From the IMG/VR virus record IMGVR_UViG_3300033148_006010, positions 1-55,554 of that record: 55,554 nt of DNA, one strand, 5' to 3'. The position numbers were made by a program, and so were the translations under genes. Under the pieces are notes generated by a model. That model was given only the letters and a program-made list of their open reading frames with translations, had not been told where the DNA came from and searched no databases. Below are positions 17,088 to 26,570 of this stretch, piece after piece (the stretch's first letter is position 1; every line of letters begins with the position of its first letter). The DNA is from a virus (lineage: Duplodnaviria; Caudoviricetes).

Positions 17088-19683
17088 ACAGAACGTAAGT
17101 AACGTAGAAAATATAATTAACAGTTTAGAATCTGTAGAAGATTTAGAACAGTTGCTTTGGAATATAGAGCATCCTGATTTAGATTTTCCAGAGGTAGGAC
17201 TGGTTGAGTTTGTTTTGTCTGATAAGTATTTAGATTGTAAAGATGAAATATACGATAGTTGTTTAAATGATTTAAAGTCAATGGAAAAAGGCGGGCAGAA
17301 AAGAATTATATTAGAAGGAGCTCCTGGTTGTGGTAAATCTTTTGTTTCTTCATGTCTGATTTCTTATACATTAGCACGAACATTATCTTTAAGGAGTCCT
17401 CAAAAAACATTTGGTATGGCTAGAGGAACTTTTATATGTGCTATGAATATGGGAGTAAATGAAATAAATGCTAGGAATGTTATATTTAATGATGTAAAAG
17501 CAAGGATAGATAATTCTCCGTGGTTTCAAAAGTTTTTTCCTCCTGACCCTGAAATAAAATCTGCACTTAGATTTAGTAAGAATGTAGGGCTTATTCCTGG
17601 TAACAGTAAGATGACATTTCCTTTAGGATTTAATGTATTTTGTGCAGTTATGGATGATTGTGCTTGGTATCAAGATACAGATGAAAAAGATATAGCGAAA
17701 GAAATGTATGAACAATTAGATAAGAGAATATCAAGGCGTTATCCTACTTGTCCATGGGCTTATTTGATTATGGTTAGCAATCCTTCTTATAATAACAAGT
17801 TTATTGAAAAAATGCAAGAAAGGGCTTTTGCAGAACCTAATAAATATTGGGCTATGCGTAGAAAGATATGGGATGCGAAACCTTTTATGTATTGTGGAAA
17901 GACATTCGAATATAATGGCAGACAAATTCCTATAGAGCATAAAGATGATTACGAAAAAGACCCTGTATCTGCTGAAAGGGATTTAGAGGCTAAGCCATCC
18001 GCTTCTTTAATGCCATTTTTTAAGTCTATGATTCCAGTATATCAATCTCTAAATAAAGCCGTTAAAAATCCAGTAGAGGGAAAAGATTTTAATAGAATAT
18101 CGGAATCTTTTAAGCCAATAGATGTTAATTATTTTATACATTTAGATTTAGCCGTTAATAAATGTAGTGCGGCTCTTGCTATGAGTAGATGGCTTTCTAC
18201 AAATAAGATACGAGTTGAATTAATAATGAGGTTTGACCCTAAACAGCTTGGTGGGGAAATTAATTTTGAAGATATTAGAGAATATATTTATTTACTTAAG
18301 GATATGAAGTTTAATATTAGAAGATTGACGGCAGATGGTTTTAATTGTTTAGGCGGTAATACTGAAATTCCTTTGTTAAATGGCAATGTAAAGAAAATTA
18401 AAGATATTAAAGCAGGGGATTATGTTTATAGTTTGAATAATAATCAAGAAATAGTAGCCGGTAGGGTAAAATCAGATGCTAAAATGACTGGAATGAAAAG
18501 GATAATCAGAATTACTTTAGATAATGGACAAGTTATTGATTGTTCTGAAGAACATCCATTTTTAATGCGAGATAATATTTATAAAAGGGCTAATGATTTA
18601 AACATTGATGATAGTTTAATGCCTCTATATAAAAAGACAGGTATGTTAGATTTAAGTTCATATGAAATGACTTTTAATCCTAGATATAATAGATATGAGT
18701 ATACACATAGATTAATAGCAAGACAAATGAATATTTTAAGGAAAGGTTTAATAGTTTATCATAAAAACGGTAATAAAAAAGATAATTGTCCTACTAATTT
18801 AATGTCTGTGACCCATACAGAACATAGTAAATTACATAGAGATTTAGGTAGATATGCTTGTAGAATTATGCGTGCAAAATTAAGAAATATGCCTAAATCT
18901 ATTAAAATAAAGAATGAAAAATTTTTAATGAATTCTAAGATTTATCATATGTCAATTTTTAAAAATAAACATATAGAGGCAGGTAAAAAAAGTTGGATTA
19001 CTAAAACAAAGATGGGGCAAGAGTGTCCATTGGTACAATGGAGAAAAGATAATTCTGTTAAATATTTTCAATATATGAAAGAAGTATGGAGTAGAAAGGG
19101 ATATAAAGAAAGATTATCCAATAAAATATCAAAATCTATAAAAAGTTTATGGAATAACGAGGAATATAGAAAAAAAATGTCAGAAGTTCATAAAGGTAAA
19201 ATTCCATGGAATAAAGGAAAAGTTTTAAATCATAAAATTATTAACATAGAGCGATTGCCTATTTATATTGAAATGTATGATTTTGAGGTTGAAAAATATC
19301 ATAATTTTGCATTACAAGCTGGTATTTTTGTTCATAATTCTGTAGATTTTCTCCAGATAATGAAACGTAGAGGCATTACTGATTGTGATACGCTTTCATT
19401 AGATAGAACAGACGTACCTTATACTACATTTGGTTCAAAAGTATTAGAGGGATTAGTAGAATTTCCGTGGGTAAATATAGATAATGCCAGGGTTTTTGAA
19501 TCGCCACAAAGTCCAGAGGAATGGTTTATAAAAGAAGCTAAGACATTAGAAAGGGCTGGAAACAAAATTATAAAACCACCTAAAGGGAGTAAAGATGTTA
19601 TAGATGCTGTATGTGGTAGCGTATATAATGCTGTAGAAGTTGGAAATAAAAAAGCTAGAAAATTTTCTGTTAAAATTGTTTAA
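17068..19683 (+). CDS. terL: Terminase large subunit (intein-containing; 540 aa after splicing)
   Basis: Walker A GAPGCGKS, Walker B AVMDD, nuclease HLDLA, ADGF and SKDVIDA; upstream of portal. Confidence 0.95.
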   Translation: MQLKELEQNVSNVENIINSLESVEDLEQLLWNIEHPDLDFPEVGLVEFVLSDKYLDCKDEIYDSCLNDLKSMEKGGQKRIILEGAPGCGKSFVSSCLISYTLARTLSLRSPQKTFGMARGTFICAMNMGVNEINARNVIFNDVKARIDNSPWFQKFFPPDPEIKSALRFSKNVGLIPGNSKMTFPLGFNVFCAVMDDCAWYQDTDEKDIAKEMYEQLDKRISRRYPTCPWAYLIMVSNPSYNNKFIEKMQERAFAEPNKYWAMRRKIWDAKPFMYCGKTFEYNGRQIPIEHKDDYEKDPVSAERDLEAKPSASLMPFFKSMIPVYQSLNKAVKNPVEGKDFNRISESFKPIDVNYFIHLDLAVNKCSAALAMSRWLSTNKIRVELIMRFDPKQLGGEINFEDIREYIYLLKDMKFNIRRLTADGFNCLGGNTEIPLLNGNVKKIKDIKAGDYVYSLNNNQEIVAGRVKSDAKMTGMKRIIRITLDNGQVIDCSEEHPFLMRDNIYKRANDLNIDDSLMPLYKKTGMLDLSSYEMTFNPRYNRYEYTHRLIARQMNILRKGLIVYHKNGNKKDNCPTNLMSVTHTEHSKLHRDLGRYACRIMRAKLRNMPKSIKIKNEKFLMNSKIYHMSIFKNKHIEAGKKSWITKTKMGQECPLVQWRKDNSVKYFQYMKEVWSRKGYKERLSNKISKSIKSLWNNEEYRKKMSEVHKGKIPWNKGKVLNHKIINIERLPIYIEMYDFEVEKYHNFALQAGIFVHNSVDFLQIMKRRGITDCDTLSLDRTDVPYTTFGSKVLEGLVEFPWVNIDNARVFESPQSPEEWFIKEAKTLERAGNKIIKPPKGSKDVIDAVCGSVYNAVEVGNKKARKFSVKIV
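18346..19338 (+). mobile_element. Intein (331 aa) with HNH endonuclease and NUMOD3-like motif
   Basis: Starts CLGGNT, block B CSEEHPF, ends YHNFALQAGIFVHN followed by Ser; internal THRL...HKNGNKKDNCPTNL...EH and RKKMSEVHKGKIPWNKG. Confidence 0.95.
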
Positions 19684-19694
19684 GAGGTTTTAAA

Positions 19695-21332
19695 ATGGAT
19701 AATAAAGAACAGCATAAAATAGATAGAAGTAAAAAAGTTAGAGCTTATATTACTAAGGGTTTCGATGGACAGACAAGAGTTATTCCTGAAACCGAATTAG
19801 AGAAATATAGAGTTGCTAGGAATAAAGAAACAAATTTAAGTTCACAACAGTTAATGCAATCTGATTATATTATGGATTATACTGGCGAGAATTTAATTAA
19901 AGCTCCCTATAATTTATCTTATTTATGGCGATTTATGGAATTATGTACAGAACATTCTGCTTGTGTTAGACAAAAAGCTAGTGATGTATGTGGTTTAGGG
20001 TGGAAAATAGTAAAACGTAAAGGTATTAAAGATGCAAATATAGAAGAAAAAAACAAATTAGAAGCGTTTTTCGATTTTGGGAATCCCGACGAAACTTTTA
20101 CAGAAATAATAGAGAAAGTCTGGATTGATTATGAATCTATGGCAAATGCTTATTTAGAAGTTATTAGAAATCCTAATACTGGTGAGCCTGCGGCTTTATA
20201 TCATATTCCTGCACAGACTATTAAATGCGGAAAAATGAAAGATATTTTTATACAAATACGAGGTTTTAATAAAAAAATATTTAGAAGATTTAATACAGGA
20301 GATAGAGTTACTAAAGCATGGGCAAAGACTAAGATATATGGTGAATTATTAAAAGCAAAAAGTAATAAAAAGCTTAGTGACCCAAATTTTTTACTTGGAT
20401 GGGATTTTGAAAAAGCGACTTCTGAATTAATACAAATTAAAAATTATTCTTCGAGAAGTTCTTATTACGGTATTCCAGAATGGATAGCTTCACTTGGTGC
20501 TATACTCGGGAATGTGCAATGTAGAGATTATAATTTGAAATTTTTTGATAATAACGGTGTACCTCATTATGCGATTATTATTAAGGGTGCTGATTTAGAC
20601 CCTGATATGGAAAAAGTTATTGCTACATATTTTAGTCAAGAAATTAGAGGAGATGCACATAAAACATTAATTATACCTATTAACAGTCAAGAGGTAGAGG
20701 TTACATTTGAAAAACTTTCTACGGACATTAAAGATGCTTCTTTTAGAATGTATAGACAGGATAATAGAGATGAGATTATAAGAGCACACAGAGTGCCTTT
20801 TTCTAGGGTTAATGTAGCAATTCCTGGCAAACTTGGGGGTGGTGGAGTTTCTAGGGAAGAATCTGAAACATACAAAAAATCTATTATAGCTCCTAAACAA
20901 TTAGTTCTTGAACATAGAATTAATGAGAAAATTATTAAACGTGGTTTTGGTATTAATAGTTGGATTCTTAAATTTAACAAGTTAGATGCTACAGATGTAG
21001 AAACCGATATGAGAATAGATACTGCTTATGTAAAAAGCGGTATTAAGTCTATTAATGAGGCGAGAGAAAATTGTGGATTAGAACCTGTTGAAGGTGGTGA
21101 TAGAGTTTTTATTAATACTGCTACTGGAATGGTATTTTTAGATGAAATGGAAAGTATGTTAAGCGGACAGGCAATAGGTACACAAGCACAGCAAGAACAA
21201 AATCAAGTTACAGAAAAAGCATTGCAAGGATTACATGTTACATTACAGAAATTACTTGACGATAGAGAAGAATATAAAAAATCTACTCAAGGTTTAGTTG
21301 GAAAACTTATAAATAAAATATTAAATAAATGA
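19695..21332 (+). CDS. Portal protein (PBSX/HK97-like)
   Basis: YYGIPEW, FFDNNGVP, IIRAHRVP, SINEARE..GLEP motifs; follows TerL. Confidence 0.93.
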   Translation: MDNKEQHKIDRSKKVRAYITKGFDGQTRVIPETELEKYRVARNKETNLSSQQLMQSDYIMDYTGENLIKAPYNLSYLWRFMELCTEHSACVRQKASDVCGLGWKIVKRKGIKDANIEEKNKLEAFFDFGNPDETFTEIIEKVWIDYESMANAYLEVIRNPNTGEPAALYHIPAQTIKCGKMKDIFIQIRGFNKKIFRRFNTGDRVTKAWAKTKIYGELLKAKSNKKLSDPNFLLGWDFEKATSELIQIKNYSSRSSYYGIPEWIASLGAILGNVQCRDYNLKFFDNNGVPHYAIIIKGADLDPDMEKVIATYFSQEIRGDAHKTLIIPINSQEVEVTFEKLSTDIKDASFRMYRQDNRDEIIRAHRVPFSRVNVAIPGKLGGGGVSREESETYKKSIIAPKQLVLEHRINEKIIKRGFGINSWILKFNKLDATDVETDMRIDTAYVKSGIKSINEARENCGLEPVEGGDRVFINTATGMVFLDEMESMLSGQAIGTQAQQEQNQVTEKALQGLHVTLQKLLDDREEYKKSTQGLVGKLINKILNK

Positions 21333-22204
21333 TAACTATAGAAAAACATAAACAAGCGATAGAGATTGTAAAGAATACTTTACATTTGTTAAAAGTATCT
21401 TCTAAACAGTTGCGTATAGAGAAAAAGTTTGAATCACAATTAAGAGTTGTTTTTAATAAGCAAGAAAAAGAATTTTGGAGATTAGAAAAACGAGGTAGAT
21501 GGTTAGAAAAATGTTATATAAAAGCTCAACAAGATTTATCTAAAATTAAAAAGATGGGCATATCAGATAATCCTACTGAAAGAATAGGGTTCATTTCTAA
21601 AATGACAAAAGAATGGCGTAATAGTATAGATAATGATAATAACTTAGAAGAAGTTATATATAGTAATTATAAAGAAGGATATAATTTAGGTGGGCAGAAG
21701 GTTTTGACTGAATTTGCTATACAAGCGAATTTTAATTTAAGGGCTTTAAATGTTTTAGATGCTTTAGGTAAAAAAGCTCATTTAGTGGGTAAGGAAATAA
21801 ATGACGTTAGTTGGGATTTACTTAATAATAAGATTGCTGATAGTTTTTGGAAAGAAGGGAATGGAATAGAACAAGTTACAGCAGATATAAAGGGAATGTA
21901 TAAAGAAACCTATTATCATAGAGGTAGGAATATAGCAAGGACTGAAACTGGTTATGCTGTAAGTGAAGCTAGTTATCAATCTTATAAAAAGGCAAATGTA
22001 CCTATGTTAGAATGGATAGCTGAAATAGATGCTTGTAAATTATGTTCTCCTTTAAGAGGGCAAAAAGTAAAAACTGGAGAATATTTTGATAATGGTTTGG
22101 GGTGGAGAGGGAAAAGACCTTTAGTTCATCCTAGTTGTAAATGTGATATTGTTGGATATGTATCAGATGATTTTATTCCTAGTAAATACTGGGATGGAAA
22201 ATAA
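21329..22204 (+). CDS. Minor head morphogenesis protein (SPP1 gp7 / Mu F-like)
   Basis: IARTET, CKLC and PLVHPSCKC motifs. Confidence 0.9.
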   Translation: MITIEKHKQAIEIVKNTLHLLKVSSKQLRIEKKFESQLRVVFNKQEKEFWRLEKRGRWLEKCYIKAQQDLSKIKKMGISDNPTERIGFISKMTKEWRNSIDNDNNLEEVIYSNYKEGYNLGGQKVLTEFAIQANFNLRALNVLDALGKKAHLVGKEINDVSWDLLNNKIADSFWKEGNGIEQVTADIKGMYKETYYHRGRNIARTETGYAVSEASYQSYKKANVPMLEWIAEIDACKLCSPLRGQKVKTGEYFDNGLGWRGKRPLVHPSCKCDIVGYVSDDFIPSKYWDGK

Positions 22205-22222
22205 CTTAAGGGGGCTATAATT

Positions 22223-23794
22223 ATGCCGTGGGAAGAAACTGATGATTTTATACGAAGTGGGCATGGAGATAAGAATAAATATTCTACATGTCGTACTACT
22301 ACTTTCGATGATAAATTACCGAAAGGGATAAAAGCAGTATATTGTAAACGAAAAGATAATAGTAAATGGGAAATTCAAAGTTATTTATTTCCAAAATCTC
22401 AAGGATGGAATATGGGCAATGCTAAGAGTTGGTTTAAATCTCATAATAAATCTATTAATAAGAATGTTATAGCATATCTTACTAGAAATTTAATTAAAAG
22501 TGGTAATATGCCAGCAATGATTATAGATACTTCTATTGCAAAAATGATAAACGGTGAGATTGTTAATGTTATAGTTAAGACAAAAGAATTTAAAAAGTAT
22601 TTAAAAGAACCTATAGCTTTAGCGGGAGAGGACAATAAAATATATACGATTGTTACTTTAAATGAACCGATAAAAGTAGATAAAAAGCAATTTAATGTAT
22701 TAATTGATAAACATGGTATAGATGAAATTAAATTGGAACAATTAATACAAAAAAACAAAGAATGGAATAATGATATTTTATGGTTATATTCATTTAAGAT
22801 GTTACGAAAATTTGATATGCCTATTGATTTTTATATTCCGCCTGATACTAAGGATTGGATTGATGGTGTTAATATAATGAATTTACAAATATTAGATATT
22901 ACTAAGGAGTTGTTGCAAAAGTCTAGTAAAGGTGAATTACAAGATTTACATGAAAAGATACATAGTATTTGGAAATTACTTAAAAAAATAGAAGTTACGG
23001 AAAAAAGAATTAAAACTATTGAATTACTTATTAATAAGCATAATATTATTAAGGAAATATTTGTAGAAAAAGAGATTGAACATCAAGATATAGATACTTT
23101 AGATAATATAGGGAATGATAATAATGAAGAAGATTTACAGAAAATAATTAGACAAGAAGGTAAAGAATGGGTTTTGTATTCAAGTGATGGTAAAAAAGTT
23201 TTAGGAAGGCATAAATCAGAAAAAGAAGCGTTAGCACAAGAAAGGGCTATCTTAGTTAATAAGCAGAGAATAGAAAAATTTATCCCTATCTGCAAAATTG
23301 ATGAAGAAAAATGTATTGTGTATGGAGAAGTTTTAGTACCTGATGTTGTAGATGCTCAAGGGGATAAGATAACAGTAGAAGAAATAGAAAAAGCATGTCA
23401 TTGGTATATGGAAAACTCTCAAAAAAGTAAAGTTATGCACAAAGGCGATTTTATTGAAACTGCTGTAGTAGAAAACTATATAGCTCCTATAGATATGACA
23501 GTAAAAAATATGCAAGGTGAAAGTTATAATATTAAAAAAGGTACTTGGATTATGGCTACTAAGATTTACGACGATAAAATTTGGCAACAGGTTAAATCTG
23601 GAGAACTTACTGGGTATTCTATAGGTGGTGTAGGATATAAAGAAGAAATTCAAATGCGAGATACATTTAATTGTAGTTGTATTAAATGTGGTTATAAAAT
23701 TATGAAAAGTGAACAGCATTGTTCAGAGCTTAAATGTCCTAAATGTGGCGGACAAATGCGAAGGGTTGAAAGACCTAGTACGGGGCAAGAATAA
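22223..23794 (+). CDS. Multidomain XkdF-like prohead protease
   Basis: C-terminal IVYGEVLVPDVVDAQGD...EIEKA...H...GTW...W..VKSGELTGYSIGG; extra N-terminal domains and a C-terminal Cys ribbon. Confidence 0.85.
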   Translation: MPWEETDDFIRSGHGDKNKYSTCRTTTFDDKLPKGIKAVYCKRKDNSKWEIQSYLFPKSQGWNMGNAKSWFKSHNKSINKNVIAYLTRNLIKSGNMPAMIIDTSIAKMINGEIVNVIVKTKEFKKYLKEPIALAGEDNKIYTIVTLNEPIKVDKKQFNVLIDKHGIDEIKLEQLIQKNKEWNNDILWLYSFKMLRKFDMPIDFYIPPDTKDWIDGVNIMNLQILDITKELLQKSSKGELQDLHEKIHSIWKLLKKIEVTEKRIKTIELLINKHNIIKEIFVEKEIEHQDIDTLDNIGNDNNEEDLQKIIRQEGKEWVLYSSDGKKVLGRHKSEKEALAQERAILVNKQRIEKFIPICKIDEEKCIVYGEVLVPDVVDAQGDKITVEEIEKACHWYMENSQKSKVMHKGDFIETAVVENYIAPIDMTVKNMQGESYNIKKGTWIMATKIYDDKIWQQVKSGELTGYSIGGVGYKEEIQMRDTFNCSCIKCGYKIMKSEQHCSELKCPKCGGQMRRVERPSTGQE

Positions 23795-24049
23795 ATGATT
23801 AAAAGCTATTATAATCGTTTTAAATTTAATAAAAAGCATGGAATAGGACTTTTAAAGAATATTATTAGTCTTTTAAGTATATTATATGTGGATAAAAAGT
23901 CTTTAATCTATATTATTTTTACTATAATAGGCAATTATCTTGCTTATTATTATTTTAATATTAGAGATATTAGTTTATGGCTTATAACTCTTTTTGCACA
24001 AGGTTTAATATACGAAGTTATTATTAAAGGGAAAGAGGATATAGTTTAA
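23795..24049 (+). CDS. Small membrane protein
   Basis: 2-3 hydrophobic segments; abuts both neighbours. Confidence 0.65.
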   Translation: MIKSYYNRFKFNKKHGIGLLKNIISLLSILYVDKKSLIYIIFTIIGNYLAYYYFNIRDISLWLITLFAQGLIYEVIIKGKEDIV

Positions 24050-24050
24050 T

Positions 24051-24326
24051 ATGGGAATGACAGCAATACAGGTTATTGGAGATATAGCCGCAAGTCATGG
24101 TTATAGAGTTATTATTGATTCTACTACTACAGCAGGAAAAATTTATTTTGGATTTGCAAAATCGGGAGCGAAAAAAAGTGATGCGGCTTGGTTTATTTTA
24201 TGTTTAGATAGAACAGTTAGTGGAATACAGGATTTTGAATGGGCTAATGGCGGTGGATTATATAATAGAAATAAAATATGGAATCATAGAGCAGATGGAA
24301 CTTATATTTATCAACAGGATATATAA
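24051..24326 (+). CDS. Small putative virion protein / adaptor
   Basis: YFGFAKSGA...AAWFI...WANG...IWNHR pattern; head-module location. Confidence 0.6.
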   Translation: MGMTAIQVIGDIAASHGYRVIIDSTTTAGKIYFGFAKSGAKKSDAAWFILCLDRTVSGIQDFEWANGGGLYNRNKIWNHRADGTYIYQQDI

Positions 24327-25490
24327 ATGAAATATTTTTTATCAATATTGTTTTTAATTTTTAGTTTGCAAATTGCAAATTGTTTAGAATATGATTTTGA
24401 TAATTATAATCCTTTATTACCTTATGGATTTGAACAAGTGCAATCTACACAATCTTATGCAAATGGTATTCAAGTTGCTATAGATACTAATACTTTAAGA
24501 ACAGATTTAAATATAGAAATTATTAATAGAATTGCCGAAGATAATCTTATAAGTGATGCAACAGGTCAATTAGCATTAGAATTACAAAACGAAATTTCTT
24601 CTCTTTATTATAATATTGGCGGAGATACACTAGAAGGGGAGATGGATGCCGATTCTAACAATATAGTAAATGCAGGTTCTATGACATTTACTACAGACGG
24701 AATGAAAATATATTCAGACGGGAACTCAATACAACAAAGCACGACTACATTTAATGGACAGATAGATATTAATCTGGACGGCATTAATCAAATGATATCT
24801 ATTACTCAAACACACGACAATAGTATTAATAATCAAGCATTGATTTATGTCAATGACGATAGAACAAAGACTTATGCAAATCCTAAAGAAGCTACATTTT
24901 ATGCAGACGTATATCAAAATCTTGCTTACGGGTTCGCTACTACCAGGGATATATACGCTAATGGTGCGGTAAGGGCGTACACTTTTAACCCGGCTAATAG
25001 TATTGCAATGATGGACTATGCTTCATTGTATTTAGGCAGTTCAAATGATTCATGGATAAGATGGGGGCCATGGGGAACTGCTCATAGTGCCAGATGGGTT
25101 GTAAAGGTCAATAATGCTGGCTATAGCGGGAATATTGATATTTTAGAGGGGGGCGAGTTTGCAAACAGCTTAAATCACGGGTTACAGGCAAACCCAACGC
25201 TTAATATTTGGAATGATGGGGCGACAGGATGTTTGAGAATGACCTCTGACGGAGATTTCGGAGTGATGACTGTATATGAAAGAAGTGCGGGGGTGGAAGG
25301 AGTAAAGATAGATACACATACTTACGTAGGTGATGGTGGTGGTTTTTATCCTGATTGGGTAGACCCGCTTCCCAGTTCCGGTTATGACGCAGGGGCGGTA
25401 GTGGTTTCTACAACTACAGGATATGTACTTTACATTTCTACTGAAAAGGTAACATCCGTAAATTCATGGCAGAAAGTAGCCGACCAATAG
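24327..25490 (+). CDS. Signal-peptide-bearing fibre-like protein
   Basis: MKYFLSILFLIFSLQIANC leader; short coiled coil, GGDTLEGEMDADSNNIVN fibre motif, beta-rich G/S/T/N body. Confidence 0.65.
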   Translation: MKYFLSILFLIFSLQIANCLEYDFDNYNPLLPYGFEQVQSTQSYANGIQVAIDTNTLRTDLNIEIINRIAEDNLISDATGQLALELQNEISSLYYNIGGDTLEGEMDADSNNIVNAGSMTFTTDGMKIYSDGNSIQQSTTTFNGQIDINLDGINQMISITQTHDNSINNQALIYVNDDRTKTYANPKEATFYADVYQNLAYGFATTRDIYANGAVRAYTFNPANSIAMMDYASLYLGSSNDSWIRWGPWGTAHSARWVVKVNNAGYSGNIDILEGGEFANSLNHGLQANPTLNIWNDGATGCLRMTSDGDFGVMTVYERSAGVEGVKIDTHTYVGDGGGFYPDWVDPLPSSGYDAGAVVVSTTTGYVLYISTEKVTSVNSWQKVADQ

Positions 25491-25498
25491 GAGATATT

Positions 25499-25789
25499 AT
25501 GAAATACATTACATTAACAATAATGATAATCTTTTGCACTTTGCAAAATGCAAATGCACTGAATCATGTCAACGTAGATTTCAACAAAATAGAACAGGCG
25601 ATAGAAGCATTAGAGCAATATAAAAGAGTGCTGACTGTTTATCAAGACGGGAAGGTTCATATAGGCAGACAGGATATAGATATTGATTCTAATGATGCCC
25701 TTAAAATTTGGATAGAGAACAAACTGGACACCTTGGCTATTGATGCTAATACTAAAATGAATGACCTTAAATCGGAGATAACGAAATAA
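25499..25789 (+). CDS. Signal-peptide-bearing small helical protein
   Basis: AGGAG RBS before ATG 25499; MKYITLTIMIIFCTLQNANA with AXA site. Confidence 0.7.
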   Translation: MKYITLTIMIIFCTLQNANALNHVNVDFNKIEQAIEALEQYKRVLTVYQDGKVHIGRQDIDIDSNDALKIWIENKLDTLAIDANTKMNDLKSEITK

Positions 25790-25846
25790 TAAAAATATAT
25801 AAAATAAAAAGTTGATGATACTTATATTATCCTATAAGGAGGCATA

Positions 25847-26515
25847 ATGAAACAATATGATTTATCGAATGTAAAAACAAATGAAGTATCTCTTGTAGAT
25901 TCAGGAGCTATTAAGAAAAAATTTATAATTTATAAAAATAAAAATTCAAAATTGAACATTGGAGGGAATAGATCTATGACCTTAGAAGAATTAAAAAAGC
26001 TAGGGCTTATTGATGATGAAGAAATAAATAAACTTAGTAAGACAGATAAAAGTGCTGAGGAAATTGAAACTTCATTAATTCAGCGACTCGTAGAATCTGT
26101 AAAAAAGGTTCTATCTTCTGAAAAAGTTGAAAAAGATAGTGATGGAAAAGATGGTGATGATAAAAATAAGGAAGGGGATGAGAAAGCAGATGTTGCTAAG
26201 ACTAAAGAAGATATAAAAAAGTTGCAGGATAAAATTGATGAGCTTACTAAGTTGCTTGATGAAAGCAAAAAGAGTCAAGATTTGCTTCAGAAAATTAGCG
26301 AATCCAAAGACCTTAAGGAATTTGCACAATATCTTAAGAAATCTAAGGAGCTTTTTAAGAAAACTGAAAACCCTGATAAAGATACTATGATAGTTAAATC
26401 TCTTGAAGGAATTATACAAAGACTAGAGAAAGTAGAGCTTAAATCTAATGGTATTGATGGCAATGAAGATATACAAAAAAATAAGTCATCAAAATGGGGC
26501 GGAGCATTTCTATAA
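25847..26515 (+). CDS. Capsid scaffold protein with N-terminal protease-like strand; nested start at 25976
   Basis: AAGGAGG RBS; EVSLVDSGA..KKF...K; charged coiled coil ending KWGGAFL just before the capsid gene; internal GGAGG plus in-frame ATG. Confidence 0.75.
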   Translation: MKQYDLSNVKTNEVSLVDSGAIKKKFIIYKNKNSKLNIGGNRSMTLEELKKLGLIDDEEINKLSKTDKSAEEIETSLIQRLVESVKKVLSSEKVEKDSDGKDGDDKNKEGDEKADVAKTKEDIKKLQDKIDELTKLLDESKKSQDLLQKISESKDLKEFAQYLKKSKELFKKTENPDKDTMIVKSLEGIIQRLEKVELKSNGIDGNEDIQKNKSSKWGGAFL

Positions 26516-26570
26516 TTGAATTGAAAAATTAATAATAAAAATTATAAATATTATTTTGAGGTAAAAACGT

